DNA of 64,000 bases, taken from the NCBI GenBank assembly GCA_010093815.1, contig ML996565.1; one strand, given 5' to 3'. Shown piece after piece: positions 24,062 through 37,333 of the stretch (position 1 is the first letter of the stretch; each line of letters begins with the position of its first letter). Below the pieces are notes generated by a model. It was given only the letters and a program-made list of their open reading frames with translations, searched no databases and was not told where the DNA came from. A program made the translations under genes and the position numbers. The DNA is from Pseudovirgaria hyperparasitica. Its lineage: Eukaryota.

Positions 24062-27000
24062 TCACTCCTCCCAAGCCTTCCCCTTTCCAAACCACTGCCG
24101 CTGATACTCAAACAACACCACACTCGCAGCCGTCTGCACGTTCAAACTCCTCGTCACCCCCTCCTGCCGTATCTCCATACAAACATCACATTCCATCAGT
24201 ACTGCACTCGAGATCCCCTCCTTCTCGCTGCCCATAACAAGTACGCATTTCCTCGGCAGCACCACGCCCTGCTCCCCAAGCACAACGCTCTGATCCGTCT
24301 GCTCCACGCCCACAATCTTGTAACCTTCTTTCTTCATAGCACGCAAGTACTCTGGCGTCTCGACTGGCGTGAGCTGGGAAATGGGAATGTGCAGGTGGGA
24401 CGTTACAGCGACAGATGTAAAGCGGGGTGAGGCGAGGTGAGATAGGGAGGGGAGAAGAAGCGACGAAGCAGAGAAAATCTCTGCGCAGCGAGAGAGGCCG
24501 CCGAGATTGTATGGATTATCGATAAGTGAGGCGCAGAGGATGAGTGGGTATGCGTTACGAGAACTGCTAGTTGAGGTGAGGGAGGGGTGCGAGAGAGCGA
24601 GGCCCTTGGTTTGAAGGGGGACATTTGGTTTTTGTGCAAAGACGTGGGTTGGGTCAGCCGTGACGTTTGTAGATGGAGGGGATGGCTCTGCTGTGAGAAC
24701 AGGTTGGATGGTAGTTGTAGCGTTGGGAATAGGTGCATCCAGAGGCATGGACGGTGGGTGGATGGAGCGGAGGTAGGGGTCTTTGGTGTCGTCTTCGTAG
24801 AGTGCCTTGAAGTCTGAGTAGGTGATTTTGCGGGCCTCACGGGGCTCAATGTCTAAGAAGGTGCCAGAGAAGAGTGTATTGAGCGTGTGGTCTTGTATAG
24901 GGTCGAAGGATTCGAGAATGCGAGAAGGAATCGGGGCGTTGAACCTGTCGTGGCTACGCAGAAACGCGTCTAGTTCAAATATAGCTGGATTGTCCGTGAT
25001 TTGTGTCCATTTCTTTTTCTCACTGTGGTCTCGCAGAATGTGGATACTCCATTGGGCTTCAATACGAATGGCGACTTTAGATGAAGCAGAGAATGCCACT
25101 AGGAGAGATAACAGCTTCGAAGCAAAGTCTAGCGTAGAGTCGTCGAAGCAAGCCACCTTAACAGCTATCTTGATCAGTGAGGCAGCATGCTTGGGGTTTC
25201 CATGTTCTTTTATGAGAGATAGTAGATTTGTTCTAAGATCAGGCTTTGCTAGAAAGATTCGCAGAATGATCCATTCTAGCAGATGACGGAATCTTGGAAG
25301 TGGCTCTAAAGACAACATAAGAAGATAGTCTGATAGGTGCTGCTGGCCTTCACGCGAATCGGATCTTGCGAGACATGCAGAGGACAATATTAGCAGCATC
25401 TGCAGTTGCTCAGTCTTTTTCCATTTAGTGACGACTGGAATCGGAAGTTTTTGAGACATCCAAGGCTCTAAAAGAGCATCGTGTAGTGTGACTCTTAGTT
25501 CGCTGTGTTCATCCGATGTCAATCTGGATACAAGATCAAATACAGCGGCATATGCAAACCCCTCACGGCGTCCGTAATAGCTCTCGTACTTGCGGTGTGG
25601 CACATGCTTGCATAGTTGGTCCGCTAGGGACACCTCAATGAGGGATTCTATACTGGGCGAGGGAGGATTTTTCGAGAAGCGAATGAGAATCGTCGGGATG
25701 TTAATTCCTGAAACACAGCAAGGTACGGCTAGAACAGCACGACGAATCGCAGTCATGACAGGACTGAGCATGTAAATCCTGCTTTCGGATAGACGGTACA
25801 TGCGATGTACAGCCTTACTGATGAGACGTAGCAAAGACCCAGCTTCATCACCTAGTGATCGTTGCAAGATCTTGGGATCTAAGAGCGTACAGGGTAACCT
25901 CATTGTTACGTCTTTTGGATAATCCTGTGTCTCTGTCTCATCCCAGACTGCCTGGATCACGAATATGAGGTCGTCCATTGAACATTTGGAAACTTCATTG
26001 CTTCCTACAAGAAGTTCCAAATCGGTACAGGTAGTCACTAGACCAGAGCCTAGAAGAGACCGGAATTTTGAGTCAACGATCTGATGCTGTATCCGAGAGA
26101 GAGTACTGGCCACAGGTCTGGAACTCTCAGAGATAAGATTTGAGTCGGCGTCTGGAGCTTGCAATAGGCGTTTGAGATCTTCTTGCGTTGATCGTATGGA
26201 GCTCTTCATTTCGTCGATTTTCAATTCAGCCCAGCGCTCTATCACATCTTGGGTTGTATCGATGCTGTGTGAATATGTTCCATCTTTCTTCATTTTGGCG
26301 AAATTCCTTATAAGAATGCAGTATACTGTCATGAGATCCCGTGGAATCTCTCGATTGGCACTTCTTGTTGTTAATCTGCATGCAAGCTCGAGATCGACAC
26401 CATTATTGCCGGTACCACTTGCAGTCTTGATGCCATCACTTATGCCTTCGAATACATAGGCAGAAGCGAACGGGTAGATGCTGTCGCCTTTGGCCTCAAG
26501 GTACTTGAAGAGTGCATTTATCAATGTGCCTCTTTCGCTCTCAGCAATGGAAGCGACCACCTTTGCAATGCATCTTGACAAGCGTCTCCCATGAACGCAT
26601 ACTACTTTCTGATCCATGAGCTCTATGGACGTTGTGAACCAGGTCCCCGTGGTTGCCCACGGGACAAAGGAGGTCAGAATGAACTCGTAGTATGTACTAA
26701 TGTGCTGCGCACTGTCATTAGCGAAATCCATAAACCAATTGCCTACAGATCTACGTATAGTCTCCTGTACATCACCATGAAACACACTCATTAGTAAGGT
26801 CTGGATCCAGGTGTTATGCACTTTGCCAGATACCACCAAGGCTGCTAGATCGATCAAGCATTCATCGACCTGATTCTGGTAGCGACCAAGAACGATGGTC
26901 TGGAACAGAATGCAGAATTTTTCGTACTCTTTACAGCTCCAGGCTCGGTTCTCGTACTCAAAATACATGGACTGAGTCGTGACGGTAGTATCGAGGAGGT

Positions 27001-28018
27001 CCACAGAGTGTTTTAGGACTGAAAGGGCAAACTTTCTTTCTTCTGAATAACCTTGACGTAATATCTTCTGCAAATGACTCCAATACTCAGACGAAAGTAG
27101 TGCATCGTGAAGGCAACTACCCATGGCATTTTCAGTATTGGAGAGCCACTGAAACCATACCCTGGCCGCCGTGTTCGCGTAGTGAGATGGTTGGACTAAG
27201 CTCAGAAGGTAGTAGATCCGATTCAGAAGCATAGTTCCATGATCGACAAGCGGTATATGAGGTATCAAGACACACACCATGTCTCGTGCTGCGATAGAGA
27301 GCTCGCGTGATGAATTACCAATCAAGACTAGTCCGATTTCGAAAAGCTTTTGAGAAGTTGCAGGTCCAATTTGAGCAGCGTCGGACGTCTTGAATACGGA
27401 AGTCATGTATTCAGTGTAGATGCAGGACTCAACGTAGGCGATGTCTTTCTTTGGGACATGTTGCTGTGTTTGTACCAAAGGAACAGGGGACTTCGTGACA
27501 TACTCGTTCACGCAATCAATGGGTAACGCACTGTGGTCGTCCTCAGCGGACTGCAAAGCAAATGCCGTATGGCTGAGTTGCTCAATAACTCGATTGAAGA
27601 AAGCACTGGAAATGGCATCGTTCCTCAAGATACAATGCAAAAGCAATTGAGTCGGAGGAGCTTCACTCTGATTCCTCACTCGCATGAACAAGAGTTCTAC
27701 TACACGCCCTTCCTGGTCCTTCTGTGCTTGCATTAGTAAATGCCACAGGACGAGATTTGTATACTAACGAAGGCTCTCGAGGAAACCAGGAGAGATATGT
27801 CACTCACCACAAACTATCTGGCATGAGCAGACACTTCCACTTACATTCGGTACATTGACAAGAAGGTCTGCTGATAGTATGAGTGCTTTAGTCCATGCGT
27901 GAACCTCATGGACATGTTGAATCTCGTCAAGAATCTCAGCAACAACATGTGTCATTTCATCGTTTCGTAGTCGGGTGAATAGGATCTGCTCAGCGAGGCT
28001 TGGAGCACTAGTTTGCAT
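24062..28018 (-). CDS. TRM3: tRNA (guanosine-18 2'-O)-methyltransferase, SpoU family
   Basis: 1223-codon exon ending in a SPOUT domain (ASLIDNPYNLGGLSR, VMGSEKEG, GVTRSLNVQTA). An upstream intron (GTTAGT..CTAAT..CAG) lies near 27720-27767. The start at ~28018 is tentative. Confidence 0.88.
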
Positions 28019-28118
28019 TGCGAAGAGATGCGTCAGTCGCTGCCGCAACCCTTATAATCAGTACTTGGACAAGAAGACGAAGTAATTACACAGAAAAGTT
28101 CTTGTCCGCTTGACAGAC

Positions 28119-28126
28119 TCACGTGA
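28119..28126. promoter_or_regulatory. Palindromic TCACGTGA E-box in the TRM3/kinesin divergent promoter
   Basis: Exact 8-bp Cbf1-type motif in a ~350-bp head-to-head intergenic region. Confidence 0.35.
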
Positions 28127-28371
28127 TCTGTTAAAAACGTCTGGTGTGTCGCGTTAGGATGTGGTGGGGTTTGGCGGCGGATCTCTATAGCAACAGCGTG
28201 GGGGTCGCGTGTAGCTGCAGCTCCAAAACAGGGAAGGTCGCGTTTACTTCCGGACCGTGCGCACGTATCTACGTAGCTAGCTACTTATCATTTCGCCCGC
28301 GAATACACTCTTTGCTTCGCACACGTTGAATTTATCTCTTCAACTTCCTATGTCAGTATCAACAAGTCGTC

Positions 28372-30279
28372 ATGGATTCTCGTATGTACCGCGGGCTCGC
28401 CAATGGGTATGAAAGTACAGCATCAGCGCCATCTCTGCGCGCAGCTGAACCATCTTATTCTTACGGTATGAGCTCACCCACTTCCGAAGACAGTGCAAAT
28501 GTCAAAGTCGTGGTACGAGTACGAAAGTTTCTCAAGCGAGGTATCAACCTCCCCCATTTTTGAATGGTTCTCTGCTTATTTCCCACTACAAGAAACGGAC
28601 CGTAACGCCAAATGCCTAGTCGAGATGGACGCCAATGGCAAACAGACAACACTCAAAGCACCACTTGAAGGCGACCCCGCCTATCCAAAGACGAGCAAAG
28701 GCAAAGTCTATGAAGATAGATCGTTCAACTTCGACCATTCATATTGGTCACATAACGAAGAAGATCCGCATTTCGCAAGCCAAGAAGCTGTTTACAAATC
28801 TTTCGCAGAGGAGTTCCTCGACCACAACTTTGATGGATACCATACCTGTATATTTGCGTATGGTCAAACCGGATCTGGCAAGAGTTATACCATGATGGGT
28901 ACTGCAGAGCAGCCGGGTCTGATTCCGCGCACCTGCGAAGAATTGTTCTTCAGAATCGAGAACGAACCGTCTCCGAATACCAATTACCATGTTCACGTTT
29001 CGTACTTTGAGGTGTACAATGAGCATGTTCGCGACCTTCTGGTCCCTCGATCCAGCCCAGATCTTTTTCTCAAGATCCGCGATTCCAAGTCGGACGGGGT
29101 CTTCGTGCAGGGCTTGACTGAGACTGCGATCAAAAGCTATGCTGATGTGGAACGCCTTTTGAGAGAGGGTGACACTGTACGTCTTCAACCTTGTAATCAA
29201 TTACCTTCACTAATGTGACTCAGAATCGTACCACCGCTCAAACCAAAATGAATGACACCTCCTCGCGCTCACATGCCGTGTTCACTATTCAACTCAAGCA
29301 GATCACACATTCTCTTCTTTCAGACGAAACCGTGGAACGTACTGCACGCATGCGTCTTGTCGATCTCGCAGGGTCTGAACGCGCAAAATCGACCGAGGCG
29401 ACGGGAGCACGGTTGAAGGAAGGGGGTCAGATCAACAAGTCTTTAAGTACTCTTGGTCGTGTGATTGCTGCACTCGCAGAAGCTGGTCAGAAGATGGGTC
29501 GCAGAACAAAAGAGAGGGTGCCGTACAGAGACTCGGTTCTTACTTGGCTTCTCAAGGATTCCCTCGGCGGTAACAGTAAAACTGCTATGGTCGCCTGTAT
29601 TGCACCATCAGACTACGAAGAAACGCTGTCCACCCTCCGTTACGCTGATCAGGCGAAACGTATCCGTACGCGTGCGACTGTCAATGAAGACTCGCTCTCA
29701 GCCGCAGAGCGCGATGCTCAAATTAAACAAATGGCAAAGGAAATCGAACTTCTCCAACGCAGTGCCATGGCTGCCAGTACACGCAAACGCGAAGAGGCAG
29801 ATGAGCTTGAGGAGTACCAGCGCCAGGTCGCACAGATGAACCGCCTTATGGAAGAGAGCCGCAGCGTATCCGAAGCCAAGATCAAGGCCCTCCAAGCGGA
29901 AGTCGAAGAGCTTCGTCCGCTCAATGCAACCCTACAGATGGAAATGGACGCTATCAAGCGCCATCTCCGTCTCGCCACCGAGGAGATCAAAAATCCGATC
30001 AAGATCCCCTCTGCCGCCGAGCTCGAAGCTATCGCCAATGGTGTTCCTCTCGATAAGAGTGGTCCTGGCTTCAACATTGCCGAAGACGCTCACAGCGAAG
30101 AAGGTTATGGTTCTGCTGAGGAGCAGTATGATGATACAGAGGAGATTGGTGCTAAACTTGCAGCTTTGTTGCAGGAGCAGGCAGAGGAGTTCTTGAAGGA
30201 GGTGGGTCACTTCAGACGCAAGATCAACGACGACCACCAGCGTTTCGGCATCTCCATGGTTGCAGAGGACGAGTACTGA
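28372..30279 (+). CDS. Short kinesin-3 family motor (UncB/Nkin3-type, 3 exons)
   Basis: Motifs [62 protein letters not shown] and ETLSTLRYA. Short coiled-coil tail with no FHA/PH domain visible. Confidence 0.92.
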
Positions 30280-31017
30280 AGTGTCGAATTTGGTGGTGCA
30301 TTCAACGGTACGGTCACTGGGTTTCGATAGCATGTTTGGCGCCGTGGCGAATCAGAACTTGGGCAGTATGGCATCATGGCTTCAAAGATGAATTTTAGCA
30401 GGCGCATAGCGACTAGGTCTATCACAGCTTGCATAGCAAATCCAGCAATCCATGACTTGGATACTATTAGCGGACCTCGCATTACAAGCGGCACCGCTTT
30501 TCGCCTGCATTAGCCTAAAAGGCTCGTATAGTCTTTATACAGTAGCTCACAAAATGAAAACAATATGCTCATTAGCTTGAGTCCTAGTTGTGCATAAATG
30601 ATAGGTTCTGTATGAGTGAGCGAACAAATGACTATATGCCGCCGTATATAGCTGACAGGAAATTGCCAATCAGACGTGGAGACCGGCAAGATCTTTCTTT
30701 TCGTCCTAACAACAGACTACATATCTTATGCTTCTCGTACTCTGGGGCAGTGAAGAGGCAAGAAAGCAGGTGGCTGGTAGAGAAGCAAGTAGGTGTATGT
30801 GTGCAGTTATACATTTCCATATTCGATAGTATATCTTTAACCTGGAATAAGACAAGCACTTGCCCCAAAACGAGTACGCTGTATTAGCCAGCTGATACTT
30901 CACAGCGCTGACGTATGCGCCCGCAACTAAGTTGCGTTAACCAGACTCAATTGGGCGCTTCCATTACATCAAGTACATGGAGTTGCCTCTTTATCAGACA
31001 CCATGTAGAAATGATAT

Positions 31018-33696
31018 TTACCGCCTCCCCTGCTTCAACTGATTAATCAACCTCTCGATCTCCGTCGCGCCCGTCCCTGTCGCTTTTGCTCGCAGGCTTT
31101 CCAACGCAGCCATATCCTTGGCCTTAAGTGCCTCTTCTCCTGCTTGCTTAATCATGCCACATTTGACCCACATATCGATGCGTTCGCCAACAGATAGGGA
31201 GGTGCATTTCGGGATGAATGTACCAGCGAGGCGCGTATTCCCGGCGGCGAGGAGGGCATTGAAAAACGGCTATATCAAATGATGAGTTCAGGTCAGAATC
31301 AAAGGAGCAGGTGTGACTGATCTTACCTCCCATCCTATAGGACTCTTCTTGGTCTTGCTCATCTCCTCCAATTCGGTCCAATAGCGTGCTTGAACCAAAC
31401 CACGTAATCTGAGCCACCACTGCGTCTTTTCGGGGACTTTGAAGTCGCTCATGACTTTCGCCGCGCGCTTAGAATGTCCGTTCTTGACGAGGCTAAGTAC
31501 GGTCTCGTTGACGCTTTTGCCGATGAAGGAGCTACCATCGAGTTCCTTCTCAAGCGCATCCTGTGTTCGTAGTAATTGCTGTGTTTCATTTATTGCTTTG
31601 ACTTGGAATTGCTGGTTTTTTGAGTCGGACAGGAGCTTTGAGGAGAGCTTGAGCTTGTCGATTTGGGCGACTACGGTCGGCTGTGCGAGGGCTTCGGAGA
31701 CCAGGAGGTTGGCACCTTCGATGCGGCGGTCATCTTGATAGTAGAGGTCTTTCAGAAGTTCAGTGTCGTTGTGTAGGGCAGACGATTCGACGAGTGCACT
31801 GGCGACCGGACGCGGGTTGATTATGCGAAAGAAGCTTGCTAAAGGGAGCTTCTTCTTGAGATGTAAGAGTACGTAGAATATTAGATCGGTGTCTCCGCTC
31901 TCAATGGCTTTGTCAAGAGCTATCGTGTCTTCTTTCATGGATAACAGTAATGGTACCTGCTTGCCGGCTCGAGGTTCATAATTCAGAAGCTCAGTGGCGA
32001 GGCGTGCGCGGCCTTCGTCGTAAGCTGCGCGAGCAATCTTCTCAAACGAGACGCCATTCTTATCTTCGAGTCTCTTCACAATGATGCGACATATACTCTC
32101 CTCGTCTTCCGAAGATGCACGCACTTTTTGACTAGCCCAGTGAACATATATGCTATCTGTTGGTAGCCTCAGATATTGTGAGATTTTCAGAGCCAGAAGG
32201 TATTCGTGTCGATTCGTCAGGCGTTCCACTAGCTTCTCCGGAGTCAATCGTCTGTATTGCTCGTATGATAATGGAATGCCGATTGCGTAGAACCGTACTC
32301 CATTGAGTACTCGCAACGTCTCGCACATGTCGACATAGTCATCGCTGTTGTAGAGATCCAGGACCGATTTCCCGAACGACGCGGCTCGAAGGAGTGCTTT
32401 CTGCCAATGTATCGAATACTCATGACCCGCAGCTCTCATACATATGTCAACAGCTTCGTCGAGATTTGATCGGATCTGCTGAATGATGTCGTCCGCTTTA
32501 GGTGATTTCTTCTCCAGATGCTCCGCAGCATCTAGTAATTTCGAAGGTACAGTATCTGATGTTAGCCGGAACACTTCCTGTGATGCATTTGGCACTTTCT
32601 GTAAGAATTCGCAAACGTCACTAGTAAGAAGCCTTACGCCGTCCACATCTGAGATCAGATGTACAAAGTCGTCGTAGAAGTACTTTATGGCTGAGCCATT
32701 GGGTCCCACTAGATGAACTTCATCTTCCCATGACAGTACTACGGCATCGTTGCCACACCACTGCAGGTCCTTTGGACTCATAGCAGTATTGGAGTCATAT
32801 TCAGATAGTTTATTTTGGAAGTCGCTCGTTACGACCCAGACTTTCCCATCGTCTGTGTACATAGCGATATATTTGCCATTGGGAGACACGCCCAAGTGCT
32901 TGAACGGACCGTTTTGCAGCATGCGATCTTCAGATTCCGTTGCATCCACCACATGTATTGTTTCGCCGATCGCTAGGAGTACTTCAACGGACCGAGAAAG
33001 TGAGTAGGCAGGCGAGATAATATTCCATGATATGACAGGTTCGGAGGGAGGGGTGGCAAGGATCTTTGGGCGAGGCTCATCATATCTTGAGACTGTGACC
33101 AAATGGTTGTTGCCTAGTAGCGCGACGAAACCAGAGGAGTAAAACCGACAGCTCTTCACACCATGTTCTTCCGCACCCTGCCAAAATCAGCGTCTGCCAT
33201 GAAGAGATTGGAATGATCATACATGTCCCAGTGAGAAGGGGATGAAATCTCCTTGAAGCCCATAATACACGCGGACTGTACCGTCCTCTGTGACGACCAA
33301 GAGCTTTTCGTCTTCTGACCAACCCAGCCCTTTGATTGATCCTTTGTCCCACTGCTTGTGTCAGTGAAGTGGTCTCTTAACGCCGATCATGGGCGCTCAC
33401 GTTAATGCGCCGCAGTAGTTTGCCCGCGCAGCTATATAAGTCTATCGTAGGCTTCGCGCTCTGTATCCCTCGGTACAAATGGAGATTCTCCTCCTTCCGG
33501 TAGATGGCTTCAAGCAACGTCAGCGAATGCAGGCGGTGAACTACAGTCTGCGCATACCTACAGCACCACTATATGGAGCTCCGACAACATGGTGATTCTC
33601 CAAGTCCAGGTCTTGATCGAAGACGGAGGTATAGAGCTGGACTTTGCGGTAGTAGCCCTGGTCTAAACGTTCCCAATCAGCAGTAGGTTTCGGCAT
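31018..33696 (-). CDS. VPS16: Vacuolar protein sorting 16 (HOPS/CORVET subunit), multi-exon
   Basis: Starts MPKPTADWERL..YYRK. Motifs WCGNDAV, QKALLRAASFGK, LRVLN, QVPLLL, KAIESGDTDL and KKSPIGWE. Last exon ends ...QLKQGRR*. Confidence 0.93.
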
Positions 33697-33941
33697 GGCT
33701 AAAGGATATCCGGCGCATCATCTCTCGCCGGGTATCGTGTAGATTGTACTTGAATGAAGATGTTACTTGGAGCAGTCTGTGTCTATATGTTGAGATCCAA
33801 TTGCTACAGGTAATTAGCTACGTCAGGTAGCTTCGGAGCGGAGGTCCAAGCTCCTCACCACAAACCTCGTTCCATCATCCGGATCATGTGCGCGACCTGT
33901 ACCCGCACGATTATCCAGGATGGAACGCTGATAGTGACAGT

Positions 33942-35257
33942 ATGGATATTCCGGGCGAATTGTTGTTGAGCAAAGTGCAAGCTCTAAGCGACCTGGAGCT
34001 GGCATGTCTGCTTTGTTTGATAGCAGATCAACACTTCATTGTTGAAGCCAGTGCGACTGCGCTGAATCATGTAGAGCAAGAACTTAAACTGGTTTGTAAT
34101 TCATACAGATATTATACATTCCAATAGCTGAAAATTCACATAGATCAGTACTGGCATCTTTGGTCTTAGTTGCAGCACACTCGAATGCCACAAGCAGACT
34201 ACTGTCGACGACTTTGGCAATGGCTTGCTTGAAACAGAATCATCAGACAGTTACTTCACTGCTTCGAAAGAAAGCACGAGACTTGACGTATGTCTGAGTC
34301 CTTGATAAATTGGGATCTGATCTGATTGAGTCTCAGTTACACCTCTCTGCTAACAAGGCTCGCTCGCCGGGCAGGAGATCAGTCAGGAGCCCGATGAGCC
34401 CACCCGAGTCGAGACAAATTGCCAATTTGGTCATCTTGAAAAATTTGGATCAAGCACCACATCAAGTCCAGGTGCAAACGCTCGAGTTGATCCGAGGCAG
34501 ACGAATCTTCACTCGAACTACTGTTCATGTTGCCCCGAAACCTTTCTTACTGATCGCCCTACTGCCTGAAGACCATATAGGATCGATGAATCGCCATTTG
34601 GTATGTGTAATCTCGTACGTCCAGTCTACCTGGCTAATGTGCATAGATCGACCATTTCTTCATCTCACATCGACATGGGCCAGCCGATGAATTGCCAAAC
34701 CTCGAAGAGCTAGGTGAAAGATCACCTACTCTCAGTTCGATGTCCACCAAAAAGATCGAACCAAAGCAATCAGTGTTCTCCAGAGAGGTCATACCATCCC
34801 AAATAATGCTACGCGTGTATCTGACAGGAATAGGATCTCGAGACACTATCACAATTGGAGTCTTCCGTCCGTATGAGCTCTGACGTTCGATGTTATGTTC
34901 ATAATATCGTAGTGTTTCTCCGAATGCATCGCGCGGTATCCAGTGGAATCACCGCAGCTGCTACGCGTCATGTTAATGTACTCTCAAGGTAGATCTACCT
35001 TTTCTCAATACGTTTACTTATTGACACATAATGATAGAGCACTCGCCCCCCTTCATGGTTTGAATTACGTTACGCCCTCTCTAGTATCACTGGCGGCTCG
35101 GAAGATCTACACGCATCGCATTGTGCTTACAACGCCCGAAGGGGATCGAAGCATCCAATGGGGTAGCTCTATAGATGCAGTGCGTGAGCTACTCGACGGA
35201 GTTACGGCTCGAGATGTCATCGATGAGATACTCGAGACCGTTGAGGTACCATTATGA
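33942..35257 (+). CDS. Conserved fungal protein with degenerate MoxR/Mg-chelatase-like AAA+ and lid features (multi-exon)
   Basis: Spliced segments LSDLELACLLCLIA, IANLVILKNL..QVQTLELIR, VVFLRMHRAV and YVTPSLVSLAARKIYTHRI...VEVPL*. Several canonical introns. Confidence 0.7.
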
Positions 35258-35709
35258 GGTCTAGTACATGATAGTTGTTCATATATCGTCACCTCCCAAT
35301 GCGCCACGCGGTGAAGTCTACGACCAAGCTGCAATTTGGGCGAGTCCCTCAACATGCAATCCGCAAGGTCACGCTCATCGCCCACATTGCATCAGCTTTG
35401 AAACGTGGACAGAATTACAGGACACATCATGGCCCCCGGGTGCGGCAAGTGGATGGAACCGTACGGTGTACATGATTTACAAGTCAACGTATCCTTCTTC
35501 CAGCTCAAGATTGTCTCCAGACATATCATCAAGCACTTGATTTGATGAATTAAATCCACTGTGAGTGTATACTAGGCTTTGTAGCGTAACAAAACACGGA
35601 TCATGCTCTCTATAAGCCAAGAGAGCAGCTAAGACAATCTCGGGGATCAGTAACCATTAGAAGAACATGACAGATTCTCTTGAAATGTCGATAATAAACA
35701 TAGCGTACA

Positions 35710-36690
35710 TCAAGCCAGACTTAAAAGTCTACCGGGCCACGACCATCCCCTGAGTTTCGCGCGGTAGCCCACGTTTACCGTGGCCCTTACTTTAGCGATA
35801 TGGTCTCTTCCATAAACTTCCAAAAACATATTATCATAGTCAACGTAATGCTCCTGCCTCTCTTCATTGAGCTGCTCCTGGGATAAAAGTAAGAACATCC
35901 AATGAGGCTTAGTCCATGCGATGTCAAAATCGATCAGTAATCCTTCCAGGTAATTCCTCACGAAAACGTCCCTTTGCCATACGTCGATCTCTAGTAAGGT
36001 ATCGAGATCCCTTAGCATCTGACGAGGATTGCGCAACGGCTCTTCGTCATTCATCAATTGTTTCACAAGTCCTCGAAGTGGTATCTGAGCTATATCGTCT
36101 TCCTCTGTTCTGTCCCACGCAGAGACCCCAAAATCATCTCGAAATAAGTCAGAATAATCATCGAATTGCAGAAACAGGTAGCCGTAACATGGCACAGCAA
36201 GAGGGGTGGTCCTCGCATTACGCCTCCTCTTCCACTTACGGGACCTCAATTCCCGTCCTTGGTGCTCCTGATATTGGCGGATCTTGCCGTAAGCTCTGCA
36301 TTCTGCGTAAAAAGGATCTGAATTGTAGATAATGGTCGACTCGTTCGTTAAATCTTTTTTCAAAGCTTTTTCAACATCTCCACTTTTGTCCAAATGGTAG
36401 AACTTGAACTGTAGCTCATTAGCGACGTCTTACCATGGCATATATCTATATCTACTGACTATTTTGATGGCATACTTTGAGTCTCCTATGTTTGCTTGAA
36501 ATACATAGCTACACCCAGCTCCAAGGCTGCTCGAGGTCCCTCCAAAGGAACTAGGCTTGGTTGGATAGTTATCGCTCAGGAGTTTTTCGAATGTGATAGG
36601 CTGATTATTAAGCTTGAAAGGACCCAGCTTCGGACCGTCACAAGGTGGTAGTAAACGGCGACCCGAATACAGATGACTGACTGATGGCAT
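35710..36690 (-). CDS. FTA2-family protein-kinase-like protein (~309 aa, 2 exons)
   Basis: Exon 1 is 36690-36460, intron 36459-36409 (GTCAGT..GCTAAT..CAG), exon 2 is 36408-35710. Motifs LPPCDGPKL, GAGCSYVF, YAIKIF, DPFYAECRAYG, AVPCYGY and RDVFVRNY..GLLIDF. Confidence 0.82.
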
Positions 36691-37333
36691 TAATGGATAC
36701 TGTGGCAGGCCACGATACAAAGGGTTCCTTTATAACTATCGTCAGGAGATGTCAGGTGGAAATCGATGAGCGGGGCAGTCTCGCTTCGCCAGATGTATCT
36801 GATAGGTAATCCCCCTCAAACTGACAGCCATTCCAACCGCATCTCGGATATGCAAGATGATCACACTTGACTCGTCTCGGTGTAGTTTATCACAGGATAT
36901 GCGACTTTGCGCTTAAGGTAGGGGTGCTCTGTGACAATATGTGCAGATCTACTTTTCATTGGCATATGTATGCTGTCCTCATCTAATTGGCCGTGAGACG
37001 AGATGGAGGGATTATGCCGTCCTTACCTTCCATTGTGTATTGATATTCGGGATCACTCCTTTCCTTCTGTCAAGGAGGGTCGAGTTAGAACAACATTGGA
37101 TTATTTGCGAGAAGGCAGCAGTTGCCTTCTTATCTCGTTCGTATGATGAGTGGGCGCACCTTCGTGCATTTCAGTGGCATAATAGGATTTGTTCCGGATG
37201 TAAGACGACGAGAAAAAGAGAGCAGTGGGTTGATAAGGCATGGCTCGCGGCTCACACATGCCGCTCCTCGACCTTTCGAGGAAATTCTTCAAACTACACA
37301 TCGGATCTTACGGTCAACGCTGGGCAGAAAACC

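Noticed and set aside
35710..36690. Literal annotation as kinetochore Sim4-complex subunit Fta2
   Set aside because: The sequence shows kinase-fold motifs and an accessory context. Nothing visible supports a kinetochore role.
36941..37333. N-terminal 131 codons of the 530-aa ORF in the track
   Set aside because: Begins at a GTG and has non-protein-like composition. The first in-frame ATG in good context is 37334.
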